NCBI GenBank assembly: GCA_049322915.1
Contig: JBMOPW010000034.1
Coordinates: 488,567 to 552,566, forward strand
Reading direction: 5' to 3'
DNA: 64,000 bases
DNA from: Candidatus Zhuqueibacterota bacterium
GTDB taxonomy: Bacteria > Zhuqueibacterota > Zhuqueibacteria > Thermofontimicrobiales > Thermofontimicrobiaceae
Part shown: piece after piece, positions 1-10,809 of the stretch
How the letters are laid out: the number at the start of each line of letters is the position of its first letter
How positions within the stretch are numbered: position 1 is the stretch's first letter
Position numbers and translations under genes: made by a program
Notes under the pieces: model-generated
Seen by the model: only the letters and a program-made list of their open reading frames with translations
Databases searched by the model: none
What the model was told of the DNA's origin: nothing

Positions 1-775
1 AAATCTGGGGCTGTTCACGAATTTCAGACTTTGGCCGTGTTCCTCTCACATAAACAGGAGTGTTGAGCACAGCTTTCATTTCATCCTCGCTGAGCATTCT
101 GGAATTATGCATCAGCCGCAGAATGCGAGCCTGGCGCTTTCGGGCGCCTGAAAAATTTTTGAATAAATCCAATTCGATGGGATTGGGCAAAATGGCGGCC
201 AACAGCGTGGACTCCGCCAGATTCAGGCTGGCTGCTGGCTTGTCAAAATAATACCGCGCCGCTGCTTCGGCGCCATACACATTCCTTCCCCATTCCACGA
301 TATTCAGGTAATACTCCAGAATTCGCTGCTTGGTCCACACCTTTTCAATGCGCTGCGTGAGGATGATCTCTTTGACTTTTCTTGTCACCGTCTTTTTCTT
401 GTGCAAAAATGCATTCCGCGCCAACTGCATGGTGATGGTGCTCGCGCCGCGGGCATAGCGTTTCTTCTGCATATTTTCCTGAAATGCCTTTTTCATTTCC
501 GTCATGTTAATTCCGGCGTGATGAAAAAATGCATCATCCTCGCTGATGATGACCGCGCTCCGCAATTCCGGCGAAATCTGAGAAAGCGGCACGTACTTGC
601 GCACCGGCGCCACAGCATCCCGAGTCCAGTCGAATCCGTTGAAATGAGTCACCGTGGTCTCCGGGCGATATTTCTTGATCGTCGCTTCATTCGGCAGACT
701 CGAGACAAGGTAAAAATAGCCAACAGCAATGATGGCTAAAAAAAAGAGCAGAATTTTTATCGAGTTGTTCTTCAT
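1..775 (-). CDS. mtgA: Monofunctional peptidoglycan transglycosylase (GT51); 3' end runs off the window
   Basis: Not in the ORF track. Manual translation from ATG 775 gives MKNNSIKILLFFLAIIAVGYFYL (membrane anchor), then YVPLSQISPELRSAVIISEDDAFFHHAG, GASTITMQLARN and KQRILEYYLN (GT51 motifs). Confidence 0.9.
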   Translation of the reverse strand, partial: MKNNSIKILLFFLAIIAVGYFYLVSSLPNEATIKKYRPETTVTHFNGFDWTRDAVAPVRKYVPLSQISPELRSAVIISEDDAFFHHAGINMTEMKKAFQENMQKKRYARGASTITMQLARNAFLHKKKTVTRKVKEIILTQRIEKVWTKQRILEYYLNIVEWGRNVYGAEAAARYYFDKPAASLNLAESTLLAAILPNPIELDLFKNFSGARKRQARILRLMHNSRMLSEDEMKAVLNTPVYVRGTRPKSEIREQPQI

Positions 776-960
776 TGGTGCCGTTGATTTTTTGTGTCAG
801 GTTACTGGAAATGGTTGTAACAGCACGACGCTCAGGCGCCTTTTGCAATACGATGCATCTTCGCTGAAGTTGCCCTGCAGGAAACCGCCCAAAAATATAT
901 ACATCCTTGTCACCATTTTCAAGCGAAATAATTGCCGGCCGATCTTCCCGATGGGCCTGG

Positions 961-2094
961 CTAATCGATATCCCTCACGGTTTTGCGATAGTGAATATTC
1001 TTCGCTTTCTGATAATCGAGGACAAATTGGAAACATCCCTCGTCCGCGCCGACGAACTCCGGCGGATTGATTCCCACGCGGGCGAAACGTTTTGCGAGGA
1101 TTAATCGCGCCACCGCTGTACAGGGGTAGCCGGTCGTGCGCGCCATGGAACTGATTTGCGTCGTCGGGTCGAACCGATCCAGAAGATCGTAAACATATTC
1201 TCTTCGGACGCCACTCTCCTGTCCAGCGATTTTAATCTTCATCACGGTGAATTCCTGCTCGTCCGCACCCAATTTCCAGAATGGGAACAACAATCGGGTG
1301 GTGAGATCGAGCGGACGAATGGCGCATCCGTTGACTTCAATAGTCTGCTTGGAGAAGAAACCAATCTCCCGGAGAACCCTCATCTTCTCAATATGCCCGG
1401 GATAGCGCAGCGTTTTCTCCTTCATGTTGGGGACGTTGATGGTTTTCAGCAGGGTGCGCAAACCATCGGTATTGAAGGACTCCAGCGTGCCGATCTCCCC
1501 GAAGTGCACCAATTCAGGTTCGGACAATGCCGGTCGCGTGTGAATTTTTCCGTCGATCAAAATTTTCGCCGGACGAATGTATTCTTCAATTACGTCGATG
1601 GGTGAAAAAGGCGCTTTGTACTCAAACGGCCAGCTTCGAACCAGCGGAAGTCCGCCCACCGAACACTCGAAACTCTCCACTTCCATGGTTGAATTGTGAT
1701 AGCCCAGGAACAGATTGCTCATCCCCGGGGCAACGCCACAATCCATCACAGCGACAACATTGTGCTTCTTCGCTAAGGCATCGAGTTCGAACGGGTCCTC
1801 TTCAAAAAATGAAATATCCACACTATTCTTCCCGGCTTCAATGACCGCCTGCAAGGTTTTAAAACCCATAAATCCAGGGACCGCGCCAATGACCAGATCA
1901 AAATCAGCGACCAGTTTCTTCACCGCAGCCGGATCGGATAGATCCGCTTCAATGGTATGAACGGATGCCTGCTGAGCTAACCGGGATAGATTTTCCGAAT
2001 TGACATCCACCGAAGTGACATCCACATCTGCGGTTAAATCTTTTGCCATCGCTGCGCCCACCATGCCAGCGCCTAAGACAACAACTTTCTTCAT
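961..2094 (-). CDS. Saccharopine dehydrogenase / lysine 6-dehydrogenase family protein
   Basis: Rossmann motif VLGAGMVG; DCGVAPGMSN, FNTDGLRTL and KTLRYPGH motifs. Confidence 0.85.
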   Translation of the reverse strand: MKKVVVLGAGMVGAAMAKDLTADVDVTSVDVNSENLSRLAQQASVHTIEADLSDPAAVKKLVADFDLVIGAVPGFMGFKTLQAVIEAGKNSVDISFFEEDPFELDALAKKHNVVAVMDCGVAPGMSNLFLGYHNSTMEVESFECSVGGLPLVRSWPFEYKAPFSPIDVIEEYIRPAKILIDGKIHTRPALSEPELVHFGEIGTLESFNTDGLRTLLKTINVPNMKEKTLRYPGHIEKMRVLREIGFFSKQTIEVNGCAIRPLDLTTRLLFPFWKLGADEQEFTVMKIKIAGQESGVRREYVYDLLDRFDPTTQISSMARTTGYPCTAVARLILAKRFARVGINPPEFVGADEGCFQFVLDYQKAKNIHYRKTVRDID

Positions 2095-2320
2095 GCGAAT
2101 CCTCCAACGAAAATGAATTGAGACCTTGAGTAATTGGTAATTTGAGAGCTGCGAATCAGCAAGTTCAAGCGCCAGCTAACCCTTTTTTCAGCGTCATGGT
2201 CGTGTTAGTGATGAAGTCTTTGTTGGACTTCATCTTCGCCAAAATAATCCTGTTTTGATGGGAGCTAAATAATGTCTGAACATCCAAAGCAATGCAGCGT
2301 TTAGCGGCTTATAGTTATGG

Positions 2321-3505
2321 CTAATTGAAAATAGTAACAACCACTTCCTCTTCATTCTCTTCAATCTGAAGTTCAGGATTACCATTCTCTTTTAGCCATA
2401 AATTTGCCATCAGCACACCCTGACCAAGCATTTCGACAATGCCATAATAGGCAAAAAATTGTGCCAATATTGGATTGCGATGATACTTGGCACCGCTCTT
2501 CATTTTTTCAATTGAAATAGTATTTGGAAGCCGTCCTGGACTGGATATTTCGATTCGATCTTCAAAAATCCAAACCATAATCTCTGACCCGGCAATAGTA
2601 TAATCCCGATGAATGCAGGCATTGGCCAATATTTCACGGAAGACTTTATCTGGATAATCAAATTTGTCAATTCGATTCTTTCCGTCAATTCGGTAAGTCT
2701 TTGCGTTATGTATTTTGAAGAAGTTCCAGGCGTTATTAAAATTGGCGAACAAATTTTCATTAAAAAATTTATGATCGATCTTTTGGTCTGTTTTTGATTG
2801 TCCGTTTATTTTTATACTGGTTATTCCAACCTGTGGTAAGAACTTTTTGATTTCACCTTTTCCGAAAAGCAGCAAACCGGCAATAGTGGGTTGCAGCCCC
2901 TTTTCTGTTTCAACCAGCAAGTCGAGATTTTTGAGAGCCGTTTCCGGATTTCCTGAAGCAATTGAAACCTGTCTGATATTTTTATTCAGAAAATCAGTTG
3001 CAAAATCCAAATCAAAATTTTCCATACTCGCATAAGCGACGGGAATAATCTCATAATGAATATGCGCTGAAGCTTGAAACAGCCGTTGTAATTCATCTCT
3101 GCTTTTCAACTTGCGTGATTTGCTTCCCTGGCGAATATATATTTCATCCGGATTAAATTTCTTTTCCGCGCCTTTGGGTATACAATAGGGCTTATTGCTT
3201 CCAACTTCCAATTCAATAATAGCAATCTTAGTTTCACCAATGTTGGTTTCGTAATAGGTCGGAAACACTGTCGGGAAGACCAAATCATCACAGATATTCA
3301 TGATTCTTTCTTCGTTGTCTTCCCGGGTCAAGCCTACGATTTGTTTATCATCAGAAACACCAAGAAAAAGATAGCCGCCTTTATGATTACTTAAAGCGAT
3401 AACCTCCTCCGCCAAATCTCTATTGGCGATCCGATCATCCTTAAATTCTACAAATGAGTTTTCACCGTTTTCGATCATCCTTAAGATTTCTATCTCTGTG
3501 AGCAT
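2321..3505 (-). CDS. Schlafen/AlbA_2 domain + HATPase_c_4 (RecG C-terminal-like) protein
   Basis: GENSFVEFK...ALSNHKGGYLFLGVSD at the N-terminus; REILANACIHRDY, DRIEISSPG, RNPILA at the C-terminus. Start set at ATG 3505, 10 bp after the upstream stop. Confidence 0.85.
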   Translation of the reverse strand: MLTEIEILRMIENGENSFVEFKDDRIANRDLAEEVIALSNHKGGYLFLGVSDDKQIVGLTREDNEERIMNICDDLVFPTVFPTYYETNIGETKIAIIELEVGSNKPYCIPKGAEKKFNPDEIYIRQGSKSRKLKSRDELQRLFQASAHIHYEIIPVAYASMENFDLDFATDFLNKNIRQVSIASGNPETALKNLDLLVETEKGLQPTIAGLLLFGKGEIKKFLPQVGITSIKINGQSKTDQKIDHKFFNENLFANFNNAWNFFKIHNAKTYRIDGKNRIDKFDYPDKVFREILANACIHRDYTIAGSEIMVWIFEDRIEISSPGRLPNTISIEKMKSGAKYHRNPILAQFFAYYGIVEMLGQGVLMANLWLKENGNPELQIEENEEEVVVTIFN

Positions 3506-3515
3506 TAGCTTCTCC

Positions 3516-6203
3516 CTAATAACCGTACTTTTCCCTTCTTTTATTAAACGCCTCTTTACCACCTTCCAGCAATTTTTCCACTTCTATTTTTACTTTTGCA
3601 TCATCGATAGACGCGCCTGTGATGCACTTCATTAGCGAAACCGACTTGTCGCTGGCATGAAGAACGATCATCTGCTCAGCATCGCCCAGTACCGCCAGAT
3701 TGGCATCATGAGTGGCGACAATAAATTGCCGTTTTTCTTTCTCTCGCCTTAGTTTGGCTACAATATCACTGAAGATGAAACTCTTATCCAGGTCGTCCTC
3801 AGGTTGATCGATGATAAGCGGCTCATTATTCTCCAGTAAAATTAACGAAAGCAAAGCCGTACATTTTTGACCGACCGACAAATCATTTGTGGTTTTAAAA
3901 TTGGGTTTTTCTTTTGTACCGACATTTAAGGAAATGGTGATCTTTGTCGGAATCTCAAATTCCTCAAGATTGAAAAGCGCATCATCATCCAGTTTTTTGT
4001 AAAGCTGGGATGCTGCTGCCTCGGTAATTCCAAAGTTATGCATTAAAGAAGCTTCGCCTTCCCGAACAATATTGACAAAAAAGTCTGGCGTAAAGTTTTG
4101 ATGCTCGGTAATTCGGGCCAACTGCTGCTGATGAGCGCCTGTTTTATAGGACGCAAGAAGAATTACAAAATCATCCTTTAAACCCATGAAATCCAGTTTC
4201 ACTTTTAAAATACCCTGCAACATCATGTTGATTCGTTCTTCACAGATTTGGTCTTGCCTTCTGAAAATCTCACTCCGTTTCTCATTCAACTTCTGAAGAA
4301 GTGCAGCGCGTTCATGTTGCTTTTCTCTATACTGGTCTTGATACTTTTTTAAAGTTTCCTTTGTTTTTTCCTTTAACCGAATATCCTGTTCCAGTTTGAT
4401 ATATTCATCAGGGCTGAAGGTCTTCTCAATTTTTAATTCACGCAATTTCTGGTTATAAGCTTCTTCTTGTCTCTGGTAATTATCCTGCCACGCGTCCTTT
4501 AGCGTTTTTATCTTTTCCAGAGATAACAATGAGTTAATTTCTGATATCTTTTCATTTATCCTGCTTTCCGCGTCCGTTACATTTTCTTTTACTTCATCCA
4601 ATAGTGTTTTATTGATGAGATCGTTGCCCATTAAGTTAATAGCCGAAAAAAATTCTCTTCGAGACAAGTCGTTGAAGATATCCCTTGCTTCAGCCAGTTC
4701 TTCCTCAAACTCACTCCAGATCTCTTTTTCTTTTTCATAAATATTTTTTTCCCTGAAATGCTTTTCAATTTCCGAATCTTTGAACTTGTTCAGTCTCTGT
4801 TTGAGCTCCGCCAGATTGGAAATTTCCGATTCATACTCGGCGAACAATTTCTTGTTTTTTTGAATGTCAGCCCTGTTGGTTGCCAGCCTGGATTGTAACC
4901 TGTTTTTCACATCTTCAAGCTCTTTAATCTCAGCACTGTAAAATCGCTTTATCAAATTCAGTTGCGCTGATTGATCTTTGGAAAGTTCGAGTATTTCTTT
5001 CTGGCGGTAGATATCTATCTGTGGCAACAAATTTGTAGCAGCTATTCCATCAAAAATCTTCCTGGTGACAGGGTCTTTTACGATAGGACGGGATGGGTAC
5101 ACAGCTTCAACTAAATATTGGCGGTTCATCAGCCTGCTGTCCACAATTATCGAAACCTTTGAACCGGGCTTAAAAACTTCCTTTAAAATTTTATCGCTTT
5201 CATTGTTCAACGTTTCAACATCATTTTTATGCCCCAGAGCATATTTTAAAATCTCCAGAATGGTTGATTTACCCGTTCCCTTTCCACCAATGATACAATT
5301 CAGGCTATTGTTAAAATGGATTCCCAATCCATCGGTAAAACCGCCCTCTATTTTCATAGCGATTATCCGGGAATACTTTTCAGGATGATATCTTGATTGA
5401 TGACGAATACGGGATTCGGGATCGAGAAAAGCCTGACGTAAGCCTTCAATCGTTGGCGAACTCAATTTAAGATGGGAAGTACGCTTTCCAATATCATCCA
5501 AAGAACGAGCATCACTGGCTTCAATCACCGCAACCGCTTTATTGCCATAATTGGGATCTTTTCCTTCCAGAATTGTTTTCACACCAGCGTCGAGTTTTTC
5601 ATAGTGCGTGTTTACCTGGACAACAATCAGTTTTTCATAGTCATAATAGGAAGGCCGTTTCAGATTGCCCAGTAAACCATTAATTTTCTGCTCCACATGG
5701 GCAGGGATAATCAGCGCGTTGTAATTTTTTGCATCGTCCCGGTTTTGACAATATTCATCTTCAACTAATTTATATAGTTCATCAATAGTTTTAGAAGAAG
5801 GTTTAGGGGAACCGCTACCGTCAAAAGGTGTTTCAAGACCAATTTTAGCCAGAAACTTATTTATTCTTCCTTCATCGAAATCCCTGTCAAACAGCACCAA
5901 TAAATGAATACCTTCCTTTGTTGCGATTTCCAGTCCCGGAAATATAATGAGTTGTTGGTATTTACCCTCCAGATTCAGTTTCTGAAAAATGGAAAACCAG
6001 GAAGCCGTATTGTGATCGGTAATAGCAATGATGCCAATGTTTTCCTCCAACACTTTGTCTAAAAATTTTCTGGCAAATACCTTTTTTCTTTCTTCTGAAA
6101 TTAACGGCTCACCGGCTTTAAATTGCGCATCAGCCGGACTGTGCAAATGCAAATCAGTCTTATAAAAATTAGCGCCGTTCCTTAGTTTCAGGATTTCATC
6201 CAT
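3516..6203 (-). CDS. PHP-domain + SMC/ABC-type ATPase fusion (TrlF/Ppl-like, probable anti-phage protein)
   Basis: PHP motifs DLHLHSP, AITDHN, IPAHVE; Walker A GGKGTGKST; long coiled coil; signature LSVGQK; Walker B IIDQPEDDLD; H-loop ATHD. Confidence 0.85.
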   Translation of the reverse strand: MDEILKLRNGANFYKTDLHLHSPADAQFKAGEPLISEERKKVFARKFLDKVLEENIGIIAITDHNTASWFSIFQKLNLEGKYQQLIIFPGLEIATKEGIHLLVLFDRDFDEGRINKFLAKIGLETPFDGSGSPKPSSKTIDELYKLVEDEYCQNRDDAKNYNALIIPAHVEQKINGLLGNLKRPSYYDYEKLIVVQVNTHYEKLDAGVKTILEGKDPNYGNKAVAVIEASDARSLDDIGKRTSHLKLSSPTIEGLRQAFLDPESRIRHQSRYHPEKYSRIIAMKIEGGFTDGLGIHFNNSLNCIIGGKGTGKSTILEILKYALGHKNDVETLNNESDKILKEVFKPGSKVSIIVDSRLMNRQYLVEAVYPSRPIVKDPVTRKIFDGIAATNLLPQIDIYRQKEILELSKDQSAQLNLIKRFYSAEIKELEDVKNRLQSRLATNRADIQKNKKLFAEYESEISNLAELKQRLNKFKDSEIEKHFREKNIYEKEKEIWSEFEEELAEARDIFNDLSRREFFSAINLMGNDLINKTLLDEVKENVTDAESRINEKISEINSLLSLEKIKTLKDAWQDNYQRQEEAYNQKLRELKIEKTFSPDEYIKLEQDIRLKEKTKETLKKYQDQYREKQHERAALLQKLNEKRSEIFRRQDQICEERINMMLQGILKVKLDFMGLKDDFVILLASYKTGAHQQQLARITEHQNFTPDFFVNIVREGEASLMHNFGITEAAASQLYKKLDDDALFNLEEFEIPTKITISLNVGTKEKPNFKTTNDLSVGQKCTALLSLILLENNEPLIIDQPEDDLDKSFIFSDIVAKLRREKEKRQFIVATHDANLAVLGDAEQMIVLHASDKSVSLMKCITGASIDDAKVKIEVEKLLEGGKEAFNKRREKYGY

Positions 6204-6605
6204 GTTTATCTCCGCTTGACTGGCGACTTTTGTTCATATCGAAAGGAATTTTTAGCTCCTGAAGAACATAGATAAATGTCGCATCATTCAAAAACACGCT
6301 TCTCACTTTACTGAACCCGTTCTAAACCAACTGGCACTCAGCACGGCAAACATCATTCTTTTCTTCCTCACTCTGGTTTAACATTCCGCACCATTCACCC
6401 AGCGCCGCAGTCGGGACAATGTTTCGTTGTATCTTCCAGAAGTTATCTTTCTAATTCATCTGGCGCAAACCATATCAAGGATTTCCATTTCTTTTCGTAT
6501 TCAGAAAAATTGATGATCAGTGTAATCCCAATTCTTCGGCTGCCAATTTTTCCTTCGAGGCGTCAGGCCCGGCATTGCTCGGCGCGAATGACCCGACCGA
6601 TTGGC

Positions 6606-7970
6606 TCAGCACTCCTGTTTCAGTTTATATTTTATTATTTTATCGTACAACGTCTTTCGGTCAATTCCCAATATCTGCGCGGATTTCGTCCTGTTCCATT
6701 GCGTCTGCTCCAGCACATTCAAAATGTGGGATCGCTCGACCTGATCCAGGCGTTGTAAGTCCGACCGTGTCACAGACTCGGTTGGTTTCTGGCTGCGAAG
6801 ATGCGACGGCAGACTGGATGGCGAAATTACGTCGCAATCTTCAATGACCACCGCCCGCTCCACGACATTCTCCAGTTCCCGCACGTTGCCGGGCCAGGCA
6901 TAGTCCATGAATACTTTTTCCACGACAGGGGAAAAACCCTGAAAATTACGTCGCCGTTTGTGATTGTACCTGGCCAGAAAATGCTCTGCCAGCGCCATGA
7001 TGTCATCCTTCCGCTCCTTCAACGCGGGCAGGTGAATCGGGATCACGCTGATTCGGTAGAACAGGTCTTCGCGAAACGCACCTTGCTCCACTGCCTGGCG
7101 CAGGTCTTTGTTCGTAGCGGCAATCACCCGGACATCCACCTTGATCGTCTCCGTGGCGCCGACGCGCTTTATCTCTTTCTCCTGAATAGCTCGCAATATT
7201 TTGGCCTGAATGTTGAGCGAGATATTGCCTATCTCGTCGAAGAAGAATGTCCCGCCATTCGCCAACTCAAAGCTGCCATGCTTGGTCGCGATCGCGCCGG
7301 TGAACGAGCCTTTCACGTGGCCGAATAATTCGCTCTCGAACAACGTCTCCACCAGACTGCTGCAATCGACGGTGAGAAACGGTTTATCCCGGCGCAGGCT
7401 GTTGAAATGGATGGCCCTGGCGATCAATTCTTTGCCGGTCCCGGTCTCGCCGCTGATCAGAACGGTGCTGTCCGTCGGCGCGACTTTTTGCACCAGTTCA
7501 TAGATTTCCATCATCCGCGCGCTCTCCCCGATGATGGTCTCCACCTGGCCGTCCCGATGAAATTGAAGCGGCTGAGCGCCCCCGCTATTCAGAATGCCAT
7601 TCTTCTCGACAATCTTGTCGATGATCTGCCGGATGCTCTCCAGTGAAAACGGTTTTGAAATATAGTCGTAAGCGCCATTCTTGATCGCAGAGACGGCTGT
7701 CTCCACGGTGCCGTACCCGGTGATGATGACCACATCGGTGCGCGGATGATTCTTTCGAATGAAATGAAGCACGTCCATCCCTCCCATCTTTGGCATTTTC
7801 AAATCAATAAATGCCAGATCAAACGGAAGCTGCGCCATCGCATCCAGCGCTTGTTTTCCGTCCGACACGAGAGTGCTGCGATGATGATCCTTTTCAAATA
7901 CTTTTTTCAACGAAAAACGAATGGACTCATCGTCGTCGGCGACCAATATATTCAAGCCATTTTTCATCAT
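6606..7970 (-). CDS. Sigma-54-dependent NtrC-family response regulator
   Basis: Receiver domain, GETGTGKE, ELFGHVKGSFTGA, WPGNVREL, C-terminal Fis-type HTH. Confidence 0.95.
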   Translation of the reverse strand: MMKNGLNILVADDDESIRFSLKKVFEKDHHRSTLVSDGKQALDAMAQLPFDLAFIDLKMPKMGGMDVLHFIRKNHPRTDVVIITGYGTVETAVSAIKNGAYDYISKPFSLESIRQIIDKIVEKNGILNSGGAQPLQFHRDGQVETIIGESARMMEIYELVQKVAPTDSTVLISGETGTGKELIARAIHFNSLRRDKPFLTVDCSSLVETLFESELFGHVKGSFTGAIATKHGSFELANGGTFFFDEIGNISLNIQAKILRAIQEKEIKRVGATETIKVDVRVIAATNKDLRQAVEQGAFREDLFYRISVIPIHLPALKERKDDIMALAEHFLARYNHKRRRNFQGFSPVVEKVFMDYAWPGNVRELENVVERAVVIEDCDVISPSSLPSHLRSQKPTESVTRSDLQRLDQVERSHILNVLEQTQWNRTKSAQILGIDRKTLYDKIIKYKLKQEC

Positions 7971-8162
7971 ACCTGCGATCAATTAAAAGACACCAGGTTC
8001 ACCTATCGACCCCGGTGTGTATGCTGCCATGATTTCTGCCGACGCGCACGTCGGTTTCTCCCTATCCCGAAACGTCTGCGTCTCTGCAATTCGAATACTC
8101 CCCCGCGGACCGCCGCTGCCGCAACGCGAAAGATCCGCCGACGGAGTATTAAAATTGAGCAG

Positions 8163-8519
8163 TCATCGTTTGGGTTCGCAACCGGCCACAATCTTGTGGG
8201 TGCGTTTTTCAGGCAAAAGCAGTTCGTTCTGCTCCACCTGGTCGCGCACCTGGGTGATGATTTTATTCATCTTTCTGAATCGCACTGTCCCAATATATCC
8301 GGTGATCACGCCGGCTGGAATGCAACTGATGCCAAATATCCAGAACCAGAACGCTACGGAGAAATGCATGATCGTCACACCGGCAATAACCAGCGCCATA
8401 CCGGAGCGAAGATATGCCAGTAACGTCCTCTCATTGGCCAGCAATGTCCGATCCAATGCCAGCTCGTCCCGAAGGATTAAATCATTTCGGTCGAATCGCG
8501 AATAGGGTGTATCTTTCAT
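8163..8519 (-). CDS. DUF202 (YidH-like) small membrane protein
   Basis: LRDELALDRTLLANERTLLAYLRSG motif followed by two hydrophobic segments. Confidence 0.85.
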   Translation of the reverse strand: MKDTPYSRFDRNDLILRDELALDRTLLANERTLLAYLRSGMALVIAGVTIMHFSVAFWFWIFGISCIPAGVITGYIGTVRFRKMNKIITQVRDQVEQNELLLPEKRTHKIVAGCEPKR

Positions 8520-8769
8520 AACAACCTCACCTCCCCAAATTACTTCCTCACCCGCTTTCTGAAATTGGAAAACAGCGGTACAACTATCATTGTTACGGTC
8601 GCGGCTGAAGTGTCGCTGCCGCAGCGCTCTCCTTTAAAGTCTCACTCCAAAACACTCATTATTAAAGTGAAATACCTGTCGTGAATCCCTGGCTTTCATC
8701 CAGGGGCGAGCCAATGAAACGCCAACCCATCTTCATAAACAGCGGGACTGGACGGGCATCATGACCATC

Positions 8770-10761
8770 TCACTGTTTTATATTAATATTGACCACCGGG
8801 ATCTTTATCGTAAATGTCGTCCCCTCGTTTTCTTTACTTTTAACCGTCATGCGTCCGTGATGTTTCGTGACAATGCCGTAAGCAATAGCCAGTCCGAGGC
8901 CGGTGCCTTCGCCCACTTCTTTGGTTGTGAAAAACGGATCGAAAATTCTATCGATGAGTTGCTCGGGAATGCCGATGCCGTTATCCGTCACTTCGATGAC
9001 GACCATATCATTTTTCTGATCATGTTGGGTGGTGATCGTCAATACGCCGATTTCCTTCATCGCCTGCACCGCATTGAGAATGATATTCATAAAAACCTGT
9101 TGCAGTTGCGAGCCGTCGCCCAGAATATGGGGCAGGTCATTGGCTAACAATTTTATAACTTCGATATTGTGAAACAGAGCCTGCTTTTCGATCAGCGACA
9201 GCGTATTGTTCAGCACGTCATTAACCTGGACGTACTCTGTCTTGCCCTCTTCCTGACGGGAGAACTGGAGCAGCCCTTTGACGATATCGCGGCAGCGCAT
9301 GGTCTGTTTGATCACTTCCTGCAAATTCTCCCGGTGCGGGTCGTCGGACTTCATGTCTTCCAGCGCCAGGGAACTCAGCACCAGAATCCCGCCCAGCGGA
9401 TTGTTGATTTCATGAGCAATGCCCGCCGCCAATTTTCCCAGGGACGCCAATCGCTGGGATTGCATCAGCGTATTTTGCATCACCGCCAGTTCTTCGGTTC
9501 GCTCTTTCACTTTTTGCTCAAGCAAATTCCCCCACTCTTCCAACTCCAGCCGCATCTTTCGCAGTCGCGTGACCATCTGATTGAACGATTGTCCCAGATG
9601 CCCAATCTCATCGGCGGATTCGATCTTCACCTCGCGGTCGAGATCGCCCATTCCGATGGATTTTGTCACTTCCACCATTTCACTCAACGGTCGCGTGATG
9701 GATCGCGTGAGCAGGTAGCTAATCACAATGATCACGACAAAACCAACGGTGGCAATGCTAAAAAACGCCAGGATCACCTTGTTGCGGACAGAGATGTAGG
9801 TCTTTTCCAACTGGCCGACATGCATGATGCCGATGATATTTCCCTCGTAATTGCGAATGGGTTCATAATCGCAGAGATACCAATCATCCACCACAAACGA
9901 GCGGCCTGTCCACAATCTCCCCTGGTGCAAGACCGACTGCGCCACATCATCCGGGACTCGGGTACCCACGGCGCGCTGCCCTTCGGCGCTTTTCACATTG
10001 GTCGATATTTTCACATCATTCATAAATATGGTGACAGTGCCGATCTCGGTATTCTGAAATTTCCCCCCTTTGTACACCAATTCCCAGGTGCGGTCGACGA
10101 TTTGAAAATTATTGTTCAGTAAAATACCGCCGTAAAGCGCGCCCCTCGCTCCCTGTGCATTGAATCGCACCGGCGAAGCAGCAATGAGCGTGAGTCCGGA
10201 GGTCTCTTCGGTTTGGCCCGGAACCTGATTATTGGGTGATGACGGAATTTTTATGACGGACTGTGCGGCGAGCGATGGATCTTCATTTTTCAGCACTGTC
10301 TGCGGCAAGATTTCTGTCGAAGTCACGATATCGCCGTGCAATGCGGCGCGCACCGGAGAAAGCGATAATACATCATCGCCGAGCACGGCCGAATTAGGCG
10401 TTCGAAGCAGCACCTGTCCCTTTGAATCTGTCAATGTCAAAAAATCGAGGTGATATTCGTTGCGGATTCTTTCCAGATACTGAAGCAATTCATTCTTTTG
10501 AATTTCGGAAAAGGCGTCCGGCAGGGTTCGTTCGTAAAGCGCAAGATGAACTGCATAAGAAATTTTTTCCAGTTGTTGCTGATACACCATTCGCGCCGTA
10601 TCCAGATCGCGGTGGACTTTGCTCATGGCCTGATTAAAAATGGTCGTGGTGACGATGTTCGTTCCGACATACGACGTGATGATACCGCCGGCGCCCATGA
10701 TGATGACATAGATGATCGAAATTCTGACGCGAAGGGAAAATTTAGTCAAGAGCGATAGCAC
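8770..10761 (-). CDS. Membrane sensor histidine kinase (Cache, HAMP, HisKA, HATPase)
   Basis: Two TM helices, HAMP ([11 protein letters not shown]), [30 protein letters not shown] before GTG start. Confidence 0.95.
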   Translation of the reverse strand: MLSLLTKFSLRVRISIIYVIIMGAGGIITSYVGTNIVTTTIFNQAMSKVHRDLDTARMVYQQQLEKISYAVHLALYERTLPDAFSEIQKNELLQYLERIRNEYHLDFLTLTDSKGQVLLRTPNSAVLGDDVLSLSPVRAALHGDIVTSTEILPQTVLKNEDPSLAAQSVIKIPSSPNNQVPGQTEETSGLTLIAASPVRFNAQGARGALYGGILLNNNFQIVDRTWELVYKGGKFQNTEIGTVTIFMNDVKISTNVKSAEGQRAVGTRVPDDVAQSVLHQGRLWTGRSFVVDDWYLCDYEPIRNYEGNIIGIMHVGQLEKTYISVRNKVILAFFSIATVGFVVIIVISYLLTRSITRPLSEMVEVTKSIGMGDLDREVKIESADEIGHLGQSFNQMVTRLRKMRLELEEWGNLLEQKVKERTEELAVMQNTLMQSQRLASLGKLAAGIAHEINNPLGGILVLSSLALEDMKSDDPHRENLQEVIKQTMRCRDIVKGLLQFSRQEEGKTEYVQVNDVLNNTLSLIEKQALFHNIEVIKLLANDLPHILGDGSQLQQVFMNIILNAVQAMKEIGVLTITTQHDQKNDMVVIEVTDNGIGIPEQLIDRIFDPFFTTKEVGEGTGLGLAIAYGIVTKHHGRMTVKSKENEGTTFTIKIPVVNINIKQ

Positions 10762-10809
10762 AAATGAACTCCTTGAAATTGAATTGTTTCGTACAATGAA
10801 AGACGATAA

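Noticed and set aside
700..775. Suspected frameshift in the homopolymer runs at the mtgA 5' end
   Set aside because: Careful translation shows one continuous frame from ATG 775; the gene is missing from the ORF track only because it lacks a stop in the window.
2250..2325. CCATAAC right after the AlbA_2 gene stop on the minus strand, as a possible attC R''
   Set aside because: No L boxes, no matching R' and no complementary core upstream of the genes.
6331..6347. TGGCAC sigma-54 -24 box next to the NtrC gene
   Set aside because: No TTGC -12 element at the required spacing.
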